Below, piece after piece: positions 9,057 to 18,093 of a stretch of DNA of 64,000 bases. Numbering within the stretch: the first letter of the stretch is position 1; each line of letters opens with the position of its first letter. This DNA is from a virus. The stretch lies in IMG/VR virus record IMGVR_UViG_3300045988_068596. The stretch is one strand, 5' to 3'. Below the pieces are notes generated by a model, which made no database searches, had not been told where the DNA came from, and was given only the letters and a program-made list of their open reading frames with translations. Position numbers and translations under genes: made by a program.

Positions 9057-9672
9057 GAAAGGACAACGACCTGCACTGTTCACCAGTCCTAAAGAAATGT
9101 TAGGTAATCTGACACGAGCAATGGTAGATGAGATTCTATCTGATGCACAAGACCAAGCATTACGTGCAGGTGCTGATGTCCAAAGAATGCCTAATTATTT
9201 ACAGGTAACAGAATCAAGAATGGCTAAGAGCGGTGTAATTGATTTAAAACCGTTCTTCGCTCGTTCTAGTAAGAAGAAGTATAATAAAAAAGGTGAATGG
9301 TACTTATATATTCCTATTCAAATTAAGACAAGAAAGATGTCTAGAAGATTGTATGACGATTTAAGGTCTTTTCCTACAAATGGTCGTCCTGTAACAGTTA
9401 AGATGGACTATCTTTATGATAGAAGAAAACAAAGTCCCGCTGTACAAAGTATCAACTATAGCCCTAAGTCCAAAAATGTTACAATTATACCAAGAGAGTG
9501 GGGAGAAGGTACACGGAATACATATGTGACATTCCGTACAGTAAATGCCAATTCTCCGGCTAACAGTTGGATAATCAACCGTAGTAAAGTGAACTCGGAC
9601 GATATGAGTAAAACAATGTTAGCTAATATCGACAGGTTAATGAAGTGGAAATTGAAGAATTTAGGAGGGTAA
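9049..9672 (+). CDS. virion structural protein (neck/head completion candidate)
   Basis: RBS GGAGGT. Start overlaps the upstream gene stop. Confidence 0.5.
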   Translation: MAKKGQRPALFTSPKEMLGNLTRAMVDEILSDAQDQALRAGADVQRMPNYLQVTESRMAKSGVIDLKPFFARSSKKKYNKKGEWYLYIPIQIKTRKMSRRLYDDLRSFPTNGRPVTVKMDYLYDRRKQSPAVQSINYSPKSKNVTIIPREWGEGTRNTYVTFRTVNANSPANSWIINRSKVNSDDMSKTMLANIDRLMKWKLKNLGG

Positions 9673-9675
9673 AAG

Positions 9676-10521
9676 ATGATACCAAGTTTAGACACTTACT
9701 TGTATAAAGAATTTGAAGAAAGACTGAGAATTATCTTAGAAGAGTGCTATATTATAGACGAAGCTTTGAAGGAGATAGATTCCCAAGCTTTAGAGACATT
9801 TAAAAATACTTATTGTTCAATTGACGGTAAGGCTCCAAAGAAAGAAATCGAAATGTCGTATTCTTTCCCACAGGAGAAGCAGAACTTTAATGCTCGTTAT
9901 GTGATTACACTAGGTGGGAGTGATGAGGAGAATAAGTCAATGGGTGGTGTACAGGGAGGCTATACTTACCGAGAAGGTGATATAGTTAATGAAGCTGTTC
10001 AACTTGTCCGTAATGGAAAAGATTTAATTATGAACACAACAAAGCCTGTAGCTGATTTTTTGAATAGCCCAGATATTAGTTTTTCAGAAAGCGACCATTT
10101 CAGAATCGAAAACAACAAGCCTGTATTTGATTATTCCGGTAATGAACACTTAGAAGGTAAATCTTTTAATATTGTTTATACTGTGAAAGAGTCTGATGAG
10201 GATGTAGCAGGTGTTTACAAAGGGTACCAATCCTCCGATACCGTAAACATTGTCGGAATTAGTACAAATATGGACACTGCCCGCTGTCTAGATGCTATCG
10301 CAAGATTAATTCTTATTACGATGCGTGACAGCTTAGATGAGAAAACAGGATACATGCTACAGACGTTACACTTTGGAGACATGCAACCTGTAATTGAATC
10401 AGGTGAGACAGTAGTATTTGGTAGACCTTGTACAATCGGGTATAAAGTAACTAATTCTATTAGTTTTGACTTAAACCGACAAATACGAGAAATTATTACC
10501 AAAAGGAGGATGAAAGCCTAA
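9676..10521 (+). CDS. virion structural protein (neck/tail completion candidate)
   Basis: RBS AGGAGGG 5 nt from ATG. Confidence 0.5.
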   Translation: MIPSLDTYLYKEFEERLRIILEECYIIDEALKEIDSQALETFKNTYCSIDGKAPKKEIEMSYSFPQEKQNFNARYVITLGGSDEENKSMGGVQGGYTYREGDIVNEAVQLVRNGKDLIMNTTKPVADFLNSPDISFSESDHFRIENNKPVFDYSGNEHLEGKSFNIVYTVKESDEDVAGVYKGYQSSDTVNIVGISTNMDTARCLDAIARLILITMRDSLDEKTGYMLQTLHFGDMQPVIESGETVVFGRPCTIGYKVTNSISFDLNRQIREIITKRRMKA

Positions 10522-10760
10522 TGGCAAAAGAAACAACAAAGACTAAACAAGAGAGTCCAAAGGAACAACCTAAAAAGGTTCCAAAGCCTAAAGGGTACGT
10601 TCATGTAGATACATTTTTGGGCTATGCACAAGTACTTTACGGATTAAGTAAGTATCAAGTAGCAGGCTTCAAAGCATTCATGGCAGGGAGAGAGTATCAG
10701 CACGATGATGCCGACTTTGTTCCGTTTTTGGAAAAGTATATAGGAAAGGAAGTTAAATAA
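10521..10760 (+). CDS. small virion-associated protein
   Basis: RBS AAAGGAGGA. Overlaps the upstream stop (ATG/TAATG coupling). Confidence 0.45.
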   Translation: MAKETTKTKQESPKEQPKKVPKPKGYVHVDTFLGYAQVLYGLSKYQVAGFKAFMAGREYQHDDADFVPFLEKYIGKEVK

Positions 10761-10763
10761 TAA

Positions 10764-12473
10764 ATGGCTGTAGAACAATTCCCAAGAAAAAAAGTGTCCC
10801 GTCCACATACTGAAATTACTGTAGATACTTCTGGTATCGGTGGTGCATCTAACAGTTCTGAAAAAACATTAATGTTAGTAGGTTCTGCTAAAGGTGGTAA
10901 ACCAAATACAGTTTATCGTTTCCGTAACTACCAACAAGCTAAAGCTACATTACGTAGTGGTGAACTATTGGATGCTATTGAATTAGCATGGAACGCTTCT
11001 GATGTGAACACTGCATCCGCAGGTGACATTTTAGCATTGCGTGTAGAAAATGCTACTAACGCAACAATCAAAAAAGGTGGTTTAACCATCGCATCTACTA
11101 TTTATGGTTTAGATGCAAACGAAATGCAAGTTGCTTTGGAAGACAATAGTTTAACAAATACTAAACGTTTGACAATTGCATTTGCAAAAGACGGATACAA
11201 CAAAGTATTCGATAACTTAGGTAAAATCTTCTCTATCAAGTATAAAGGAGAACAAGCACAAGCTTCCTTCACTATTACAGAAGATAGCATTACTAAGAAG
11301 GCAAATAAACTTATTCTAAGTGCAGGTGCTGAGGTTGAAGACCAAACTCCTGTAATGGAATATAGCTTAGGACAAGGTGTTTACTCTGATACAAACGTAT
11401 TAGTAAGTGCAATCAACAGTTTACCTGACTGGGAAGCTAAACTATTCCCTATCGGAGACAAAAACGTCCCTACTGAAACATTTGATAAAGTAGAAAAAGC
11501 TGATGTTAAAACAGGTGAGAAATATGTTGAAGCTCTAGGCGGAGACATTGCTAAACAATTGGAATATAACGACTACGTAACAGTAGAAATTGACCGTGCA
11601 ACTCCAATTCAAGACTTTGCATTAACTAACCTTTCTGGTGGTACAGATGGAACAATCCCAGAATCTTGGGCTGACAAATTCCCTCTATTAGCTAATGAAG
11701 GTGGTTACTACTTAGTACCATTGACAGACAAACAAGCTGTTCATTCAGAAGCTTTAGCATTTGTTAAAGACCGTACAGACAATGGAGACCCTATGCGTAT
11801 CGTTGTTGGTGGTGGAACGAATGAAACAGTTGAAGAAAGTATCGCACGTGCTACAAACTTACGTGACCCACGAGCTTCTGTAGTAGGATTCTCTGGTACT
11901 CGTAAGATGGATGATGGACGTTTGCTTAAATTACCGGGCTACATGATGGCTTCACAAATTGCAGGTATTGCAAGTGGGCTTGAAATCGGTGAAGCAATTA
12001 CGTTCAAACACTTCAACGTAACAACTGTAGACCGTATCTACGAAAGTGGTCAATTAGACATGCTTAACGAAAGTGGTGTTATCGCTGTTGAGTATGTACG
12101 TAACCGTACCTTAACTGCATTCCGTATCGTGCAAGACGTTACAACTTACAACGATAAAACAGACCCAGTTAAGAACGAAATGTCTGTAGGTGAAGCAAAC
12201 GACTTCTTAGTATCCGAATTGAAGATTGAATTAGATAACAACTTCATTGGAACTAAAGTTGTAGATACAAGCGCAAGCTTGATTAAAAACTTCATCCAAT
12301 CATTCCTAGATAAGAAAAAACGTGCTCGTGAAATCCAAGATTACACACCAGAAGAAGTACAAGTTGTTCTTGAAGGGGATGTAGCATCTATCAGCATGAC
12401 TGTAATGCCAATCCGTAGCTTGAACAAGATTACTGTACAACTAGTGTACAAACAACAAATCTTGACAGCATAA
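10764..12473 (+). CDS. tail sheath protein
   Basis: 569 aa, directly upstream of a 140-aa tube-size gene. Fits contractile-tail sheath size and Herelleviridae gene order. Confidence 0.75.
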   Translation: MAVEQFPRKKVSRPHTEITVDTSGIGGASNSSEKTLMLVGSAKGGKPNTVYRFRNYQQAKATLRSGELLDAIELAWNASDVNTASAGDILALRVENATNATIKKGGLTIASTIYGLDANEMQVALEDNSLTNTKRLTIAFAKDGYNKVFDNLGKIFSIKYKGEQAQASFTITEDSITKKANKLILSAGAEVEDQTPVMEYSLGQGVYSDTNVLVSAINSLPDWEAKLFPIGDKNVPTETFDKVEKADVKTGEKYVEALGGDIAKQLEYNDYVTVEIDRATPIQDFALTNLSGGTDGTIPESWADKFPLLANEGGYYLVPLTDKQAVHSEALAFVKDRTDNGDPMRIVVGGGTNETVEESIARATNLRDPRASVVGFSGTRKMDDGRLLKLPGYMMASQIAGIASGLEIGEAITFKHFNVTTVDRIYESGQLDMLNESGVIAVEYVRNRTLTAFRIVQDVTTYNDKTDPVKNEMSVGEANDFLVSELKIELDNNFIGTKVVDTSASLIKNFIQSFLDKKKRAREIQDYTPEEVQVVLEGDVASISMTVMPIRSLNKITVQLVYKQQILTA

Positions 12474-12490
12474 CAGGTCGGGGGCTTTTA
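12469..12490 (+). terminator. weak hairpin gggggc-tttta-gccccc without U-tract
   Basis: 6-bp GC stem, no poly-U. Possibly an attenuating structure between sheath and tube. Confidence 0.3.
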
Positions 12491-12538
12491 GCCCCCTATA
12501 CCTTACTAAAAATAATCTAAAATAGGAGTGAAACATAG

Positions 12539-12961
12539 ATGGCTAGCGTTGGAAATCAAACAGTCCACACAGGTAACACAGTTTACTTGATGATTGGTAA
12601 CAAAATTATCGGACGTGCACAATCTGCATCTGGTGAACGTCAATATGGTACACAAGGTGTATACGAAATTGGTAGTATCATGCCACAAGAACACGTATAC
12701 TTGAAATATGAAGGTACAATCAACCTTGAACGTATGCGTATGAAGAAAGAAGACTTAGCAAGCTTAGGTATTACTGCTCTAGGTGAAGATATTCTTCAAC
12801 GTGACATTATCGACATCGTAATGATGGATAACTTGACTAAAGAAATCGTTGTTGCTTACCGTGGATGCTCTGCTGTATCTTACAGTGAATCATTCACAGC
12901 TAACGAAATCACTAGTGAGTCCACTCAGTTCACGTACCTAACATCAGCTAAAGTTAAGTAA
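12539..12961 (+). CDS. tail tube protein
   Basis: 140 aa, follows the sheath. RBS AGGAGTG. Confidence 0.7.
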   Translation: MASVGNQTVHTGNTVYLMIGNKIIGRAQSASGERQYGTQGVYEIGSIMPQEHVYLKYEGTINLERMRMKKEDLASLGITALGEDILQRDIIDIVMMDNLTKEIVVAYRGCSAVSYSESFTANEITSESTQFTYLTSAKVK

Positions 12962-12972
12962 GTAGTGTAAAA

Positions 12973-13003
12973 TAGACCCTAAAAAATGGGGTCTATTTTT
13001 TTA
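12973..13003 (+). terminator. strong rho-independent terminator after tail tube
   Basis: tagaccc-taaaaaat-ggggtcta stem followed by tttttttt. Confidence 0.8.
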
Positions 13004-13012
13004 GTTTTGGTA

Positions 13013-13041
13013 TTGACAAATTATACATGTATCTATATAAT
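13013..13041 (+). promoter_or_regulatory. consensus sigma-A promoter TTGACA-N17-TATAAT
   Basis: Perfect -35 TTGACA (13013-13018), 17-nt spacer, perfect -10 TATAAT (13036-13041). Confidence 0.7.
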
Positions 13042-13047
13042 AGGTAT

Positions 13048-13133
13048 TGTAGTTGGTATACATTTTCGAACTTAATCTTTCTTATCTTTATCTTACACAT
13101 GACCTAGCAGGAGTGCTAGGTCTATTTTTTTTT
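13048..13133 (+). ncRNA. putative ~85-nt small RNA or attenuated leader transcript between tail tube and chaperone genes
   Basis: The consensus promoter is followed ~60 nt later by a strong terminator. No ORF is inside; the only ATG is followed by TAG after one codon. Confidence 0.3.
13101..13133 (+). terminator. strong rho-independent terminator
   Basis: gacctagca-ggag-tgctaggtc 9-bp stem followed by tattttttttt. Confidence 0.8.
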
Positions 13134-13159
13134 GCTCTCATAGAGGCAACTAACTAGTG

Positions 13160-13188
13160 TGCTATAATAAGTATAGAATGCTATATTA
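13160..13188 (+). promoter_or_regulatory. tandem extended -10 motifs TGCTATAATA and TGCTATATTA
   Basis: Two motif copies 19 nt apart, upstream of the chaperone/TMP operon. Confidence 0.5.
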
Positions 13189-13217
13189 ACTTATGAAAGA
13201 CATAGGAGGAATAAGTA

Positions 13218-13691
13218 ATGACTGAAAAAGAAAACAAGGTTGATTTCCCTCAGCTTAACATGACTCGTGAACAGCTTATCGAAAAGATTAACCGTGGGGA
13301 AAATCTAACAGACGAAGAAATTAATTTGTTAAAATATCATAATGCAGAAGCAGAGCATAAAGAACTTAACCGAATTATTCCGGGAGTTAACAATGTATTC
13401 TCAAAACATTATGATTTAAAAGAGTTTGGTATGGAATTTGATATTAAAATTAAAGCACCAAACGTGGTACAACAAGGTAAAATTCAAGCAATGCGTGAGG
13501 CTTACTTAGAAGGTATGGGTATGGCAGTAAGTAACTTTATTTTCCAATGCTACCATACACTAGCTACTATCCGTGTTTGTGGTGTAGAAGTACCTAAAGA
13601 GCTAGAAAAAGATGAAGACATCTATAACATCTACGTCTTAAACATTATCGGGAAGGATTTTGCGGAGTGGTTAAACTCCTTTCGCTACTAA
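13218..13691 (+). CDS. tail assembly chaperone (gpG-like candidate)
   Basis: Sits between tube and tape measure. RBS AGGAGGAA. Confidence 0.5.
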   Translation: MTEKENKVDFPQLNMTREQLIEKINRGENLTDEEINLLKYHNAEAEHKELNRIIPGVNNVFSKHYDLKEFGMEFDIKIKAPNVVQQGKIQAMREAYLEGMGMAVSNFIFQCYHTLATIRVCGVEVPKELEKDEDIYNIYVLNIIGKDFAEWLNSFRY

Positions 13692-13746
13692 TCTCGAAAG
13701 TTTAGGGGGTATAAAAACCCTCGTCAGAAATACATATAGCCGAAAC

Positions 13747-14340
13747 ATGTGGGCTATTATGAAAAAATTTAATGTATTACCTAGTGACCCTGCATGGCAA
13801 AATCTAACTCATGAGCAAGTAGAATGGATTTTGTATAACATGGAAAGAGATGTTGAAGAAGAACAACGCAGAGCTAAAGGTCTTGCTCTTGAAGGTGAAT
13901 ACGAAGACTTGGATGCTTCTTGGTATGATGTACCTCATGAAGAGTTTAACCCTGTACGTGAAGGTCATGATGAAGCTGAGATTGCTCGTAAGCTTAATGA
14001 AATCACTACAGAAGAGGACATGGCTAAACTTAAAGCTCGTTGGGAAGCTAGTCAGGAAGTCGATGCAATCCGTGCCGAAGGTGGTACAACGATTGAGGAA
14101 GACACAATCAATGAACTTATTGCTAACAATGTACAGAAAGCTATTGAAGAAGCTAAACGTATTGAGAAACATGGTGGTAATAAGTGGGGAGGCAAAACCC
14201 CGATTGAATTAGAGGAGGAGCGTAAGAATCTAGAATTTAAATCTCAGCTTAAGCAAGATGATATTCAAGATGCAATTGCTCTGTTCAATGGAGAAAAAGA
14301 TATTGAACCAACATCAGTAGACGATGATTTTGTAATATAG
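13747..14340 (+). CDS. acidic tail assembly chaperone candidate, possibly expressed as a +1 frameshift fusion with the upstream ORF
   Basis: Highly acidic. No recognisable RBS before its ATG. Its frame is open from 13675 and overlaps the last 15 nt of the upstream ORF in the +1 frame. Confidence 0.45.
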   Translation: MWAIMKKFNVLPSDPAWQNLTHEQVEWILYNMERDVEEEQRRAKGLALEGEYEDLDASWYDVPHEEFNPVREGHDEAEIARKLNEITTEEDMAKLKARWEASQEVDAIRAEGGTTIEEDTINELIANNVQKAIEEAKRIEKHGGNKWGGKTPIELEEERKNLEFKSQLKQDDIQDAIALFNGEKDIEPTSVDDDFVI

Positions 14341-14387
14341 GAGGGTAGGGTTTTACCCTACCTTTTCTTTGTAAAGGAAGTGTGGAA

Positions 14388-17300
14388 ATGGCTAACAACT
14401 ATCGGTTTTACGTTGATGCAATGACTGGGGATGCCATTGCAAAATTAGAAGAAGTTAATAAGTTGATGGATAAAATTGACTCTAAGAGTGCAAAAGGTAC
14501 CCAGAAGTTTTTCCATACAACTCAAAGAGAAATAGACGAAGCAGTAGCCGATATGCAACGTTTAATTCGAATGAAAAAGGAACTAGATAAGAACTTCGAA
14601 AAACAAAGTTCTATGGCAGAAGCTACAGGTAGCATGACAGATTTTAAACGTGCACGTGCAAACCTAGAACAGTTACAAAGTGAGTTCCAAAAAACACAAA
14701 ACGAGTTCCAAAAGTTAGCAAGCATGAAAGCTAACCCGAACTTTACGAATAAAACAGCTTTGAAAGAACAAAGAGCTTACAGAGAAGAATTGACCGAGCA
14801 GGAAAAAGCTTTACAAGCAATCAAGAAAGCTCAACAAGAATTAAATCGAGTAAACTCTCGTGTAAATCATAGAGCACACCAAGCTACCTCTACAGGTAGA
14901 ATGACCTACAATCAATCTGAAAGCATGAAGAAGGATTTAGGTGGTGTTGGGCTATACTCAGATACTCAACGAGAAAATAAAGAACGACAAGCTCAACTAA
15001 GAGACCAATACCGTAGAAGACAAGAGGAGCTATCACAAGTACGTTCTGATACAAACTTAGATAGACAGGTTCGTAAGAATAGAGAAACATCTATCTTAGA
15101 AGAAATCAAAGGTATCGAACAAGAGATTGAAGCTCGTAAGAAATTTAATCAGACTTTGAATGATACTATTGAGAACTTAAAGTCAAAAACGGAACAGTTA
15201 AACAATAGTAACGTTAAAGTAGAGGCGGATAGGAACTCCACTGCGGGTGTTATAGCTTCTCGTGCCCCATCTATAGCCATCGCAGGTTTAGGCTCTGCTG
15301 TGGCGGCAATAGGGGGCTTATACGCTAAGGGAGCTACTGCGAATGCAGGTATGCGTGATTCAACCATCTCTTTAGGACAACGTACAGGTAACGGAGACTT
15401 CCGTGCTATTCGTAAAGAAGCCCAAATGATGGGTATTGAAAAGCAACTTGGGTATAAAGGAGCTGATATGCTTCAATTCCAAGAAGATGCGTTAAGTAAT
15501 ATCGGGTTTACCAATAAAGAAGACCTAACAGCTAATACTAGAGCTTTAGCGGAAGGTTCACGTGCAGTTCCTGTTGATTCTGAAACCTTAAGCGGGTTTA
15601 TGAACGACCAAATGCGTAGAGGCGCTGTGAGCGGTAAAGACCAAATTAAAGCGATTCAGGAAGGTTTCTTAGGAGCTATCCAAAAATCTGGTATGGTAGG
15701 TCGTGAAAAAGAGCAGTTAAATGCTTTGAAAACATTAAGTGACCAATCATTTAGTGGACGTAACGGTAGTAATGAGGAACTTAAACAACAAATGGCTATG
15801 CTTACACTGTTGAACAAAACTGGTTCTCGTGCCGTCCAAGGTGAACAGGGTGCCGAGTTAATGACTAGTTTATCAGCGGGTATTCAAGGTAGTGTTTGGA
15901 ACAACAAGGCTTCTTTACTACTAGGTAAGGGTAGTCAATACCAAGGTTTAAGTGGTATGTATGACTTAGCAGGTAAACAAGAAGAGGGAGCTACCCCTGA
16001 AAATCTGCAAAAGATTATTGGTAGTGTACAAAAAGCTGTTCCTAATGATGAAAAAGGTCAGAAATATGTCCTTAAAAGTGCTATGCACGAACTATTTGGT
16101 ACAAATGCAACTAATGACCAAGTAGATGGTATCATGAAGGCTTACGGTAATGGTAATCTAAATGAAGAAAATATCAATAAGATTATGAATGAAAGCGAAT
16201 CTACTGGTAAAGATAAATACAAGAAGAATGCAGAAGATTATACTAACTCGAAAGAGGGTATGGCTAATCGTTCCGAAGCAGTAACTGAGAAACAAGCTTC
16301 CGGTATCAACGACTATGGTGATGCTCTACGAGGAATTAATTCTAAATTAGGAGGAATCCCTCCGGCTATGTATGCTTTAGGTGCAGGTATGGGTGCCCTA
16401 GCAACTGCCTTGATTACTTCGGGAACTATGGGTGGTCTCTCTAGCTTTGTTAAGAACTTGACGAGAGGGACATTCTCTGCCGGAGCTACAACTGCTACAA
16501 CAGCCGGAGCAACTAGTGCAGGTGGTTCATTCTTTAAAGGTGTAGGACAAGCCTTTAAATCAGGTAAGGCTACTGGTGGATGGTCAGCAGGTCTTAAGAG
16601 TGCAGGTACTACAGCTAAAGACTTAGCAGGTGCTAATATTGCCGGAGCTGAAACTATTGCAGGAGCTACGAAAGCAGGTTCTGTAGCAAGTAAATTTGGT
16701 AAAGTAGCAGGTAAAGTAGCGTTACCTATTGCCTTAGTCGGTTCAGCAATTGATATTGCAAGCTCCGATGACAAGGTAAAATCTGTTGGTGAGAATGCCG
16801 GAGGACTAGCAGGTGGATTTGCCGGAGCTAAATTAGGTGCTTTAGCAGGTACAGCTATTTTACCGGGTGTTGGTACTGTTATCGGGGGTGCATTAGGTGC
16901 TCTTGGAGGTAGCTTAATCGGTAATAAAGCCGGTGGTGGTTTAGTAGACGGTGTTCGTAAGTTCTTTGGTGGAGAGGAAGCCTATGCAGACGAAGTAGAT
17001 ACAGGTACTTCCGCAGGTGGGCAAGAAACGCTTAAAGGACAAGAGAACAAGTCTGGTAAACAAGAAGAACGAGACATGACGAATAAACGTGTCCTTTCTG
17101 AAAAAACACGTGCTGAGAATAACGCTGAGGAAGCAACTAATTTATCTATCTACTCAAAATTACTTGATAGAGCACAACGAATCCTAAATCAAGCTAGAAA
17201 TCAAAATGGTATCTTTGGTAACTCCAAGGGTGCTAACAGTTCTAGTGATAGTGGCGGTATCGGTGACGACCCTGCAAGTAAGGATTTTGGCGGAGACTGG

Positions 17301-18044
17301 GAAAAAGCCATTCGTCAAGCTTCTAAACAACTTGGGGTAGACGTTACAGACCAAGATGTAGACACATTGCTTAAATTGATTCAAGCAGAGTCTAGTGGAG
17401 ATGAAAAAGCTGTCCAACAAATCATTGATGAGAACAACTTTAACGGTTCTGGTGGTGCCAAAGGGCTTCTACAATACATCCAATCTACGTTCGATGCTTA
17501 TAAAGTAAATGGACACGATGACATCATGAGTGGTTATGACCAATTACTAGCGTTCTTCAACAATAGCAACTGGCAAAAAGACTTAAATGCTTGGAATAAT
17601 CGTTACCAAAATGGTAGTACGGGTTGGGGTCCAACGGGTAGTAAGACCCATGCGATGGGTGGACATATCACTTCTCCGGAACATGCTTTGCTTGGTGAGG
17701 TGCCGGGACAAGATGAATATGTTATTAACCCACATCAACCTACAGCTCCTAGATTACTGGCAGAAGCTTCTCGTAAAACTGCACAGAAATTCCGTTTGTT
17801 TGGTAATGGTTCTGGGGACGAATGGTCTTCCCGTATAGGTGGAATTAACTTATCCGGTGGAGGTAGTTCAGCACAAGCACCAACATTAAACAATACAAAT
17901 GACGTTAAAGTTAGCGTAACCGTACAAGGTGGCGGAACTTCTGAAAGTATTGCTAATGAAATTGGTAATAAAACAGCAAGTAAGATTCTTCAATCAGCCG
18001 ATGATGCAATGAGTTTCTTTACAAAAGAAATGAAACGAGTTTAA
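14388..18044 (+). CDS. tail tape measure protein with embedded lytic transglycosylase (SLT) domain
   Basis: 1218 aa. N-terminal coiled coil. Gly/Ala-rich hydrophobic segments at ~16320-16950. SLT motifs QAESSGDEKAV and GAKGLLQYIQSTF at ~17385-17500. ATG at 14388 with RBS AAGGAAG 7 nt upstream. The track GTG at 14382 is too close to the RBS. Confidence 0.85.
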   Translation: MANNYRFYVDAMTGDAIAKLEEVNKLMDKIDSKSAKGTQKFFHTTQREIDEAVADMQRLIRMKKELDKNFEKQSSMAEATGSMTDFKRARANLEQLQSEFQKTQNEFQKLASMKANPNFTNKTALKEQRAYREELTEQEKALQAIKKAQQELNRVNSRVNHRAHQATSTGRMTYNQSESMKKDLGGVGLYSDTQRENKERQAQLRDQYRRRQEELSQVRSDTNLDRQVRKNRETSILEEIKGIEQEIEARKKFNQTLNDTIENLKSKTEQLNNSNVKVEADRNSTAGVIASRAPSIAIAGLGSAVAAIGGLYAKGATANAGMRDSTISLGQRTGNGDFRAIRKEAQMMGIEKQLGYKGADMLQFQEDALSNIGFTNKEDLTANTRALAEGSRAVPVDSETLSGFMNDQMRRGAVSGKDQIKAIQEGFLGAIQKSGMVGREKEQLNALKTLSDQSFSGRNGSNEELKQQMAMLTLLNKTGSRAVQGEQGAELMTSLSAGIQGSVWNNKASLLLGKGSQYQGLSGMYDLAGKQEEGATPENLQKIIGSVQKAVPNDEKGQKYVLKSAMHELFGTNATNDQVDGIMKAYGNGNLNEENINKIMNESESTGKDKYKKNAEDYTNSKEGMANRSEAVTEKQASGINDYGDALRGINSKLGGIPPAMYALGAGMGALATALITSGTMGGLSSFVKNLTRGTFSAGATTATTAGATSAGGSFFKGVGQAFKSGKATGGWSAGLKSAGTTAKDLAGANIAGAETIAGATKAGSVASKFGKVAGKVALPIALVGSAIDIASSDDKVKSVGENAGGLAGGFAGAKLGALAGTAILPGVGTVIGGALGALGGSLIGNKAGGGLVDGVRKFFGGEEAYADEVDTGTSAGGQETLKGQENKSGKQEERDMTNKRVLSEKTRAENNAEEATNLSIYSKLLDRAQRILNQARNQNGIFGNSKGANSSSDSGGIGDDPASKDFGGDWEKAIRQASKQLGVDVTDQDVDTLLKLIQAESSGDEKAVQQIIDENNFNGSGGAKGLLQYIQSTFDAYKVNGHDDIMSGYDQLLAFFNNSNWQKDLNAWNNRYQNGSTGWGPTGSKTHAMGGHITSPEHALLGEVPGQDEYVINPHQPTAPRLLAEASRKTAQKFRLFGNGSGDEWSSRIGGINLSGGGSSAQAPTLNNTNDVKVSVTVQGGGTSESIANEIGNKTASKILQSADDAMSFFTKEMKRV

Positions 18045-18051
18045 GAAAACT

Positions 18052-18079
18052 AGGGGGACTCGTTCCCCCTTTATTTATT
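18052..18079 (+). terminator. rho-independent terminator after TMP
   Basis: aggggga-ctcgt-tccccct stem followed by ttatttatt. Confidence 0.7.
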
Positions 18080-18093
18080 GAAGGAGGTAAACT

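Noticed and set aside
13692-13746. Stem-loop/pseudoknot as frameshift stimulator downstream of chaperone ORF1
   Set aside because: Only 3-4 bp of GGG/CCC complementarity is available. That is too weak to claim a structure, so the frameshift idea rests on overlap and missing RBS only.
16313-16774. Minus-strand 153-aa ORF inside the tape measure gene
   Set aside because: It is the antisense of the Gly/Ala-rich TMP segment. No start context, and it overlaps a strongly supported gene.
17640-17750. Possible M23 peptidase motif (GGHITSPEH) in TMP C-terminus
   Set aside because: No HxxxD/HxH arrangement could be matched with confidence. Only the SLT domain is called.
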